A stretch of DNA of 31,750 nucleotides, from the NCBI GenBank assembly GCA_043819795.1, contig JBDREN010000133.1, positions 1 through 31,750 on the forward strand, read 5' to 3'. Numbering within the stretch: the stretch's first letter is position 1; every line of letters starts with the position of its first letter. The position numbers were made by a program, and so were the translations under genes. This document shows positions 24,749 to 31,750 of the stretch, piece by piece. Below the pieces are notes generated by a model, which saw only the letters and a list, made by a program, of their open reading frames with translations, made no database searches and had not been told where the DNA came from. This stretch comes from Elusimicrobiota bacterium (GTDB taxonomy: Bacteria; Elusimicrobiota; Elusimicrobia; UBA1565).

Positions 24749-24777
24749 AGGATAACAGGCCTCCGGCCGATATTCAA
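24749..24777 (-). promoter_or_regulatory. Candidate promoter of the MNT-HEPN-int operon
   Basis: TTGAAT-N17-TATCCT with extended TG; AT-rich leader. Confidence 0.55.
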
Positions 24778-24821
24778 GCCCCAGGCAGCTTTCCCCAGTC
24801 CATCCGCAGACGCTGACCGTA

Positions 24822-25865
24822 TCACGGTGTCTTCCAGTGAGTCAAGCTGGAGCTCGCCCCTCTTATCGCATCAAGCGACTCAAGGTACTTGCCGGTCCCC
24901 AGCGCCACACAGCTCAGCGGATCAGCGGCTCGGTATACGGGTAATTCTGTCTCTTGCCTGATCAAATCCGGAAGCCCGCGGAGCAACGAACCACCGCCCG
25001 CCAACACCATCCCTCGATCCACCAGATCCGCAGCCAACTCAGCTGGAGTCTCCTCCAGACAGTTCTTGATTACATCCAATATGATTTGCATCGCCTCCAT
25101 CAAGGCCTGCCGCACCTCCTCTGAAGTGATTAAGACCGTCTTGGGGAGTCCAGCTGCCTGATCGCGACCTTTCACCTCTATGGTCTTCTCTTCCTTCAAA
25201 GGGAAGACCGAACCGATCTGCATCTTGACGTCCTCCGCGGTCGTCTCGCCTATGAGCAGGTTATACTTCCGGCGAAAGTGCTGGACAATCGCCTCATCCA
25301 TTTCGTCGCCAGCAACATTGACGGACTTTGAAACGACCATCCCTCCGAGCGAAATGACAGCCACCTCCGTAGTTCCACCGCCGATGTCTACGATCATGTT
25401 CGCATGAGGCTCAGAAACCGGGAGATCTGCGCCGATCGCAGCCGCCATAGGCTCCTCAATCAGAAACACCTCGCGGGCCCCCGCCTGCTCGGCCGATTCC
25501 CTCACAGCACGCTTCTCGACTTCCGTAATACTGGAAGGAACCCCGATCACGATCCGGGGGTGTAGCAGACTCCGTCGATTATGCACCTTCCGGATAAAGT
25601 ACTTGATCATCTCCTGTGTCACGTCGAAGCTGGCGATGACTCCATCCTTCAGGGGCCGAACCGCAATAATTGACGCTGGAGTCCGGCCCAGCATTCTTTT
25701 CGCCTCCTCTCCAATAGCCAATACCCTGCGCGTTTCCTTTTCGATGGCCAAGACAGAGGACTCGCACAGCATGATCCCATGGTTCTTGACATAGACAATC
25801 GTATTCGACGTGCCCAAGTCGATGCTGATGTCATTGGAAAAAAGGCCGAATATGTAATCAAGCAT
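24822..25865 (-). CDS. mreB: Rod shape-determining protein MreB (no mreC/mreD downstream)
   Basis: [61 protein letters not shown]. Confidence 0.97.
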   Translation of the reverse strand: MLDYIFGLFSNDISIDLGTSNTIVYVKNHGIMLCESSVLAIEKETRRVLAIGEEAKRMLGRTPASIIAVRPLKDGVIASFDVTQEMIKYFIRKVHNRRSLLHPRIVIGVPSSITEVEKRAVRESAEQAGAREVFLIEEPMAAAIGADLPVSEPHANMIVDIGGGTTEVAVISLGGMVVSKSVNVAGDEMDEAIVQHFRRKYNLLIGETTAEDVKMQIGSVFPLKEEKTIEVKGRDQAAGLPKTVLITSEEVRQALMEAMQIILDVIKNCLEETPAELAADLVDRGMVLAGGGSLLRGLPDLIRQETELPVYRAADPLSCVALGTGKYLESLDAIRGASSSLTHWKTP

Positions 25866-26012
25866 GTCGGTTTCCCATACCGGCCGACACCCCGCCACGG
25901 CAGGAGAGCCGGATTTGCCGCCCCTTCCATGTCAGCTGCTGGCCTATCATCATTCCTGCCGGCTCATTGTCCCGGGATTCTCTCCATCTCTTATGTCTGG
26001 TTTCCTTGAGGT

Positions 26013-26400
26013 TCACCATCTTAACCGATATTGGCCGGGTAGTCGGCCACGGAGCCCGGATAGAGATCCCCGTCCGGCTCCCCCCTGCCACTCGTAGCCA
26101 CCGCTGTTCCACTTGCTGAAATGCCATGTATCTACCCAGAGCCAGAGGCCCCCCTCAGTCTCCCTGACCGTCTTCTCCCACTCGGCCTCCATGGGGAGGC
26201 GCTTGCCCGCCCATTTCGCGAGGGCGTAGGCGTCGTACCGGTCGACCCCGACCACCGGATGATCGTCCTTGCGGAACGTCTCCTCGTCGGACCTCTGCAG
26301 CTTCGCCATCCCCGTATTCTTCAGGAACGCCTTCCTGAAGGGCTTCCAGAAGCGCGGGGGGTGGTCCTTGCCTGGGGCTGGTCCGGGCTTCTCACGGCCT
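26013..26400 (-). pseudogene. Fragment of a formylglycine-generating enzyme (SUMF1/FGE-sulfatase) domain gene
   Basis: [10 protein letters not shown]...[32 protein letters not shown]; apparent frameshift at the C6 run 26080-26085; both ends missing (no GNVWEW). Confidence 0.75.
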
Positions 26401-26636
26401 CGTCGGAAAAGTCACTCGGGATCCTCGTGCTGCATGAGGCTCTCGTAGGCCTCGTTGTAGCAGGCGGTTTCCCCCGGACAGGCGGAGCCCATTTAGGGCG
26501 AGCTATTGGTTGGGACCATGAAAATTCATTTTCAGGCAGCAGGACTCATGGTTGACATATGCCGGAGTGCTTCGTATCAAGCCTCATGTGACTGTCTTGG
26601 CATCAAGAGAAATCCTGCTGCCCTCCGCATGATACA

Positions 26637-26912
26637 TCATCCGGTCTTCCCCGGAGACGGCGCAACCTCCAGTATCTTGAAGGTTTTACATCCAGCGCGC
26701 AGCTGCACCTTTACCGACTCGCCAGCTCTGCTTCCCATGATCCCCGCCACAAGCGGGCAGCCCATCGAGAACTTGCCGGAAGATGGGTCTGCGATGTCAG
26801 GAGGGACGATCGTGAAAGTCAGCACCTCCTCCGTCTCCGCGTCTTGGATCGAAACGCCACTCCAAACGCCCACAGTGGGCGCTTTGCTATCGGGCTCCGG
26901 AGTTCTCATCAT
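26637..26912 (-). CDS. Stand-alone GreA/GreB C-terminal domain protein
   Basis: TFTIVPPDIADPSSGKFSMGCPLVAGIMGSRAGESVKV...KILEV; AGGAGG RBS. Confidence 0.75.
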   Translation of the reverse strand: MMRTPEPDSKAPTVGVWSGVSIQDAETEEVLTFTIVPPDIADPSSGKFSMGCPLVAGIMGSRAGESVKVQLRAGCKTFKILEVAPSPGKTG

Positions 26913-27125
26913 GCCGCATGGCCTCCTGCTTCATGTTCCGCAACACCCAGCGTGCCGACGCAACACCGGAGTCGGATGAATTGCTCCCGCTGAAGCGCCC
27001 GCGAGCAGGCATTTCAACCGGTGCCCTATGAATGTGCATGGGGCGCCGCTGGGGGACTCCACGTGCCGCTATCGCCCACATTTGGGGCCATGTTGCCCTT
27101 CCAGACAAACGCGCCCCAGTTGATC

Positions 27126-27395
27126 TTATCCCCGCCTCTCCAGACTGACCTTCAATATTCGGGACTTGGCCGGCCCGTCACGGAGCCATACCGCCGCCTC
27201 ATCTCCGACTCTTCGGCCCATCAGGCCTGCAGCCAGCGGGCATTGGTCCGATATGCGTCCCCCGGTCGGGCCCGCAGTCTCGGGCGAGGACAACTCGTAC
27301 GCGAAGGTTTCTCGTGTCGCCACCTTCTCGATGATGATTCGACAGCCCTTCCCCGCAATACTACTCTCGCGGTCCTGGTGATTGCCTCCCGCCAT
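27126..27395 (-). CDS. Second stand-alone GreA/GreB C-terminal domain protein
   Basis: YELSSPETAGPTGGRISDQCPLAAGLMGRRVGDEA...RILKVS. Confidence 0.7.
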   Translation of the reverse strand: MAGGNHQDRESSIAGKGCRIIIEKVATRETFAYELSSPETAGPTGGRISDQCPLAAGLMGRRVGDEAAVWLRDGPAKSRILKVSLERRG

Positions 27396-27508
27396 GTCTT
27401 ATTAAATGCGGGCGATGGCCGTTTTGATGAGAGGCGCCTCCTTACGCGGCGAACATGATCCGGCCTGGAGCTCGGCGCGTGCTCTGAGGCATTTGCGACA
27501 GACATCAA

Positions 27509-28765
27509 TCAGGGGAAAACCCCTCTAAGCCGAATCGCCGAGTCGAGTTTTCTAAGGGCGATCATGTATGCGGCCATGCGCAGGCTGACCTTCTCCTCTT
27601 GCGCCAAATTCCATACTTGGTCGAAGCTCCTGGTCATGATCTTGGCCAAATGCCCGTTCACTTGGTCCAACTCCCAGAACAAGACCTGGATATTCTGCAC
27701 CCATTCAAGGTACGAGATAATGACACCCCCGCTGTTCGCGAGGATATCCGGGACGATAACGACTCCTTTGTCTTGAAGGATATTGTCCGCCTCGGGCGTA
27801 GTGGGCGCATTCGCCCCTTCGAGGACGTACTTCGCGCGGACCTTCCCGGCGGTATGCCTCGTAAGCTGACTCTCAAGCGCCGCGGGAACAAGCATGTCCG
27901 CATCGCAAGACAACAACTCATCATTCGTGATCGAGTCCGCGCCGTTCATTCTATATCCCTCGAGCAGATGATTGTCGGATGTCCTGACATATTTATTGAT
28001 GCTCGCTATATCCAACCCCCTGGGATTGTACAGCCCTGCGCTGACATCACCCACGGCGACCACCTTGCAGCCGGCCTCGGCCAGCAGGGTCGCGGCCACG
28101 GAGCCCACATTCCCGTATCCCTGCACTGCCACACGGACATCGGACGGCGCGCGCCCCTGCTTCCGGAGCAGCTCCATGGCTGACAACATAACGCCTCTTC
28201 CCGTCGCCTCTTCCCGTCCGAGCGAGCCCCCGAGGTCCAGCGGCTTGCCTGTCACTATCTCCAGATTCGTCCGGCTCTCGAACATGCTTATCGTGTCCAT
28301 GATCCATCCCATGGTTTCGGGTCCGGTATTGATGTCCGGAGCTGGAATGTCGCGGCGGGCTCCGAGAATCGGCATAATCATCACAGTATAGCGCCTCGTC
28401 AGCCTACGCAACTCATTCTTGGACAACTCCCAGGGGACGCATCGAATGGCTCCCTTGGCTCCTCCATAGGGCACGTCCACCACGGCGCACTTCAGCGTCA
28501 TCAATAGCGCAAGCGCCTTCACCTCATCGATGGTCACGTCGGGATGGTATCGGATCCCTCCTTTGCACGGCCCTCGAGCGCTCGAATGCTGGACCCGATG
28601 CCCGGTGAATATCCTTACGTGTCCGTCATCCATGACGACCGGCACGGAAACAGTGAGCTCCCTCTCCGGTCGACTCAGCAGAACCGATGAGTCCGAGTCG
28701 ATCCCAGCCCTTTTCGCCGCGTCATTCATCACGCTGAGTGCTTCGTCATACAGGCTATTCGACAT
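27509..28765 (-). CDS. gdhA: Glutamate dehydrogenase (Glu/Leu/Phe/Val dehydrogenase family)
   Basis: RGPCKGGIRYHP, GGAKG, DIPAPDINT, VTGKP, GREEATGRG, QGYGNVG, EGANAPTT, PDILANSGGV; AAGGAG RBS. Confidence 0.96.
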   Translation of the reverse strand: MSNSLYDEALSVMNDAAKRAGIDSDSSVLLSRPERELTVSVPVVMDDGHVRIFTGHRVQHSSARGPCKGGIRYHPDVTIDEVKALALLMTLKCAVVDVPYGGAKGAIRCVPWELSKNELRRLTRRYTVMIMPILGARRDIPAPDINTGPETMGWIMDTISMFESRTNLEIVTGKPLDLGGSLGREEATGRGVMLSAMELLRKQGRAPSDVRVAVQGYGNVGSVAATLLAEAGCKVVAVGDVSAGLYNPRGLDIASINKYVRTSDNHLLEGYRMNGADSITNDELLSCDADMLVPAALESQLTRHTAGKVRAKYVLEGANAPTTPEADNILQDKGVVIVPDILANSGGVIISYLEWVQNIQVLFWELDQVNGHLAKIMTRSFDQVWNLAQEEKVSLRMAAYMIALRKLDSAIRLRGVFP

Positions 28766-28780
28766 TGTCGTTCTCCTTTC

Positions 28781-29182
28781 CTATTTAAAAAACAGCGGAT
28801 ACGATTCGTAGAAAGCCTTCAATTCCAACTCGAGATCATCGAACTGGAAAAGCGGTGTCTTGCAGCCATTGCGCGAACAGACCAGAATCAGCCCCCCCTC
28901 TTCCCGCTCAACGGGAATCAGAGGCGCCTTGCAGGTCGCGCATTTCCTGGAATCTTTCAGCTCTTTATTGCAGTAGGGGCAATGGAATCGTGCGATTTTG
29001 CCCGCCGTGAGTTCGATGGAGCTGACCGTCACACAGCTCTCATAGACGCTGCTAAGATGCAAATCGCCCCTTTTGCGGCCATTGGAAATCTTCACTCGAA
29101 TCGATGATCTCGAATTGATCTTCATGCTCTCATCGAGCAATGAGCGTCCGCAAAACATGCACTTGGCGTTAAGCTCCACCAT
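28781..29182 (-). CDS. Cys-rich putative metal-binding protein of unknown function
   Basis: CMFC, CPYC, CATC, CSRNGC pairs; start uncertain (ORF open to 29239). Confidence 0.75.
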   Translation of the reverse strand: MVELNAKCMFCGRSLLDESMKINSRSSIRVKISNGRKRGDLHLSSVYESCVTVSSIELTAGKIARFHCPYCNKELKDSRKCATCKAPLIPVEREEGGLILVCSRNGCKTPLFQFDDLELELKAFYESYPLFFK

Positions 29183-29371
29183 TACCCCTGCCTCCCTGTC
29201 GGCGCTGAGCTCACTTGCCGAAGAGACTTCGCTCGGCACTAAGAGTATATGCCGGGGTTCTCGCAGACGGTATCAGGCGCACCCGATAGCATTGTGGGGC
29301 GGGCCCGCTTCGTTTGTAGGCGATAGCTGACAGAGACTGCGTCGGGGGTTGCGGGTACGGCGGACTGGCGA

Positions 29372-30007
29372 TTATGGAGCGAGCCGGTTCTCGATGACGT
29401 ATCGCGTCAGGTCGGCGTTGCAGGTCAAACGCATCTTCTCCAGGATTCGGGCGCGATAGGTGGTGATGGTCTTCGGACTCAGGCAAAGTTCTTCTCCGAT
29501 CTGCTTCGGCGTCTTGCCGGAGGCGATCAAGAGCATCACTTCATATTCCCGGTCGGAGAGTCTTTCGTGGGGCGGCTTGTCGTGTTCTCCCCGCAGTTCC
29601 AGGGCCAGTTTTTCCGCGACCGTCGGACTGATGTACTTTCTGCCACGCGCCACCACCCTTATGGCCGCGATCAGCTCAGTCAACAGGCTCTCCTTGGTAA
29701 GGTAGCCGCAGGCGCCCGCCTTTAAGGCCCGCAAAGCATACTCCTCTTCGCGATGCATACTCAGCATCAGCACACGGAGCTTCGGCTTGCGCGCATTCAA
29801 CTGCCTGAGTATATCCAGGCCGTTCCGGCCCGGCAGGGCTATGTCCAGCAAAACGACATCGTAGTTATTCTTCCACGCCTTGCTCAGCGCTTCCTGTCCA
29901 TCACCGGTTTCGTCCACGACCTTGAGGTCGGTGGTTTCCGCTATGAGTTCTTTTATGCCCTTTCGAACGATCGGATGGTCGTCTGCGACCAGTATGCGGA
30001 TCATCAT
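29372..30007 (-). CDS. NarL/LuxR-family response regulator
   Basis: ILVADDHPIVR, LLDIALPG, GYLTK, LSDREYEV...LSPKTITTYRARILEK; TGATG overlap with the kinase stop. Confidence 0.96.
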   Translation of the reverse strand: MMIRILVADDHPIVRKGIKELIAETTDLKVVDETGDGQEALSKAWKNNYDVVLLDIALPGRNGLDILRQLNARKPKLRVLMLSMHREEEYALRALKAGACGYLTKESLLTELIAAIRVVARGRKYISPTVAEKLALELRGEHDKPPHERLSDREYEVMLLIASGKTPKQIGEELCLSPKTITTYRARILEKMRLTCNADLTRYVIENRLAP

Positions 30008-31182
30008 CAAATTCCTATGTCCTGAATAGGCATCTTCACCGTAACGGCGCACCCCCGTCCAGGAGCCGTCTCGATTTGGAGCTGACCGCCCCAGTACTGC
30101 ATCCTCTCCCGGATGCTTTGAATACCGAAACTTCTGTGATTTGACGCTTTATCAATCGCAAATCCCCTCCCATTGTCCTTCACGGAAAGTAGAAGAAGTC
30201 CGCCATTCCTCTTTAGGCTCACATCGACCTTCGTCGCGTGAGCGTGTCGCATGATATTGGAGAGTATCCCCTGAAGTATGCGGAACAGGCCGGTGGAACG
30301 CTCCTGATCGAGGCCAAAGCGCCTCGCCCGAAGATCGACGCTGCAGCTTATCCCGGAATGCTGCTCGAATTCCTTCATATGCCGCTTGATGGATGCGGCA
30401 AGTCCGAGATGCTCAAGCAATGGCGGCCTAAGCCTCGATACGATGCCATGCACGCTGTCCAAAGCCGAATCCACAAGCTTGCATATCAGCTTCACCTTGT
30501 CACGAAAGGCATCTTCACGGCTCTGCTCCGAAGGACTCCGTTTCCCCGCGACCAACTTCAGGGCTGCCAGTATCTGTCCAAGGCCGTCATGTACCTCACT
30601 GGCTATGCGGGCCCTTTCTTCATCCTTGGCCGACTCCACGTGTCCGAAGAGCTCGCGGAGCCTGCGATTGGAGACCCTGAGTCGCTCCTCCACGCCCGCT
30701 CGTTCCGCGATCTTCCCGATTCGCTTCGCTATGGCATCAATCAGGCTCCTCTCAGCCAAAAGGAATGGGCCCTCGTCACGACGCGGCATCTTTCTTGTAT
30801 AGATGATTTCCACGAAACCCTTGATCTCATCGTGGACCGTGATATCGCTCCGCTGCCGGTCGCAGCACCTTGCAGGTTTCTTCGACTTGAATTCGCACCC
30901 ATCGAACATGACGCGAGCGCGGGCAGCCTCCGGATACAGCCACGCGGAAGGCATCACGCCGGCTATCATTTGGATGGTCTCAGAGAGCGGTGCGTTCTTG
31001 TCACGAATATTCGCGATCTCGTATATGCATCTCAGTTCCTTTTCTCTCTCTCTGAGATCCTTGGTGCGTTTGTCCAGATCCCGCCGTATCTGCCTCTCTC
31101 TGGCTGATATTTCCTTCATCGCGGCAAGCCGTCGACGGAGTCTCTGGACTTCTCGTGGAGTCTTCTGGTGACCTGTTCGCAT
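30007..31182 (-). CDS. Cytoplasmic HisKA_3 (NarX-like) sensor histidine kinase
   Basis: ERARIASEVHDGLGQ, LRPPLL, SNIMRHA, DNGRGF, SFGIQSIRER, PGRG; no TM segment; start uncertain. Confidence 0.9.
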   Translation of the reverse strand: MRTGHQKTPREVQRLRRRLAAMKEISARERQIRRDLDKRTKDLREREKELRCIYEIANIRDKNAPLSETIQMIAGVMPSAWLYPEAARARVMFDGCEFKSKKPARCCDRQRSDITVHDEIKGFVEIIYTRKMPRRDEGPFLLAERSLIDAIAKRIGKIAERAGVEERLRVSNRRLRELFGHVESAKDEERARIASEVHDGLGQILAALKLVAGKRSPSEQSREDAFRDKVKLICKLVDSALDSVHGIVSRLRPPLLEHLGLAASIKRHMKEFEQHSGISCSVDLRARRFGLDQERSTGLFRILQGILSNIMRHAHATKVDVSLKRNGGLLLLSVKDNGRGFAIDKASNHRSFGIQSIRERMQYWGGQLQIETAPGRGCAVTVKMPIQDIGI

Positions 31183-31598
31183 CAATAGCAGAATGGCCAG
31201 ACAATCCTTCGACTGGAATCTACTCCACATATTGTAGCTCTTTACAGGATAGCAGGACAGGCGGGAGTGGCATAAACGGTCGGGATATACTCGCCGAAGT
31301 ATGGTCGAGAATGCCATTTACAGGTATAAGACGATCATCGGACGGGAAGTGCGGGCCCGGAGCTTGGCTGCTCAGAGAGTGGAGATGCGTATCGGCTGCA
31401 GGATCCTCAACACGATGGCCAGGCTCGGAATGCCGGTAAAGTCACCTCGCAACATGATCAACCTGGGGTAGACGCGCATATCTTTGCTCAGTTGGGAGCC
31501 ATGCACCAATACCCATATTTGCCGGCAGTCGTCTGAGTTTGTCCCGAAAGTCAAGCCTGGTACCGCTGTCCGCTGTTGATGCCGCCGCCAGCTGTCTC

Positions 31599-31750
31599 TC
31601 AGCCCTGGTGGAACACCATCCCGTAGTGGGTGTCGTAGCCGAGGCGGCGGACCACCGCCACCTCGCCCTTGACCTTCATGCCGGTCTTGGGCTCCGGGAT
31701 GTCGAGCTGGCCCAGCACCCGGACCCCGTTCTCGAGCTCCACGATGCCCA
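31599..31750 (-). CDS. C-terminal part of a DUF35-type OB-fold (Zn-ribbon/OB) protein, truncated by window edge
   Basis: Manual translation: GIVELENGVRVLGQLDIPEPKTGMKVKGEVAVVRRLGYDTHYGMVFHQG*. Not in the ORF track. Confidence 0.8.
   Translation of the reverse strand, partial: GIVELENGVRVLGQLDIPEPKTGMKVKGEVAVVRRLGYDTHYGMVFHQG

Noticed and set aside
26319..26340. Hairpin CTTCAGGAA/TTCCTGAAG
   Set aside because: It falls within the reading frame of the FGE pseudogene remnant and has no U-tract; likely chance.

Overview
GC-rich bacterial chromosome segment (no taxonomic marker; the protein style is reminiscent of Elusimicrobiota, but this is unverified) with two accessory zones around a housekeeping-like core. 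Left zone (1-12040): a reverse-orientation integron (intI co-directional with a downstream array of at least 3 cassettes, with attI and attC sites resolved to the base), an unexplained ~486-bp tandem duplication, two copies of a ~108-bp structured palindrome, a small MerR-like/Xis/tyrosine-integrase module, a complete ORF-less group II intron whose EBS1/EBS2 pair with a tandem repeat resembling an integrase arm site, a secreted LamG/PKD/TSP3 protein and an AAA_14-DUF4143 ATPase, ending at tRNA-Glu(CTC). Core (12247-22276): lipoprotein, S9 peptidase, methyltransferase, RmuC, SRPBCC protein and a double ATP-grasp protein resembling animal carnosine synthase CARNS1. Right zone (22361-31600): an MNT-HEPN-integrase operon reading into the 5' end of tRNA-Thr(TGT), then lower-GC cargo (orphan mreB, FGE-domain pseudogene, two stand-alone GreA/B C-terminal domains, glutamate dehydrogenase, Cys-rich protein, NarX/NarL-type pair). 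All protein assignments are from motif recognition by eye; no searches were run.
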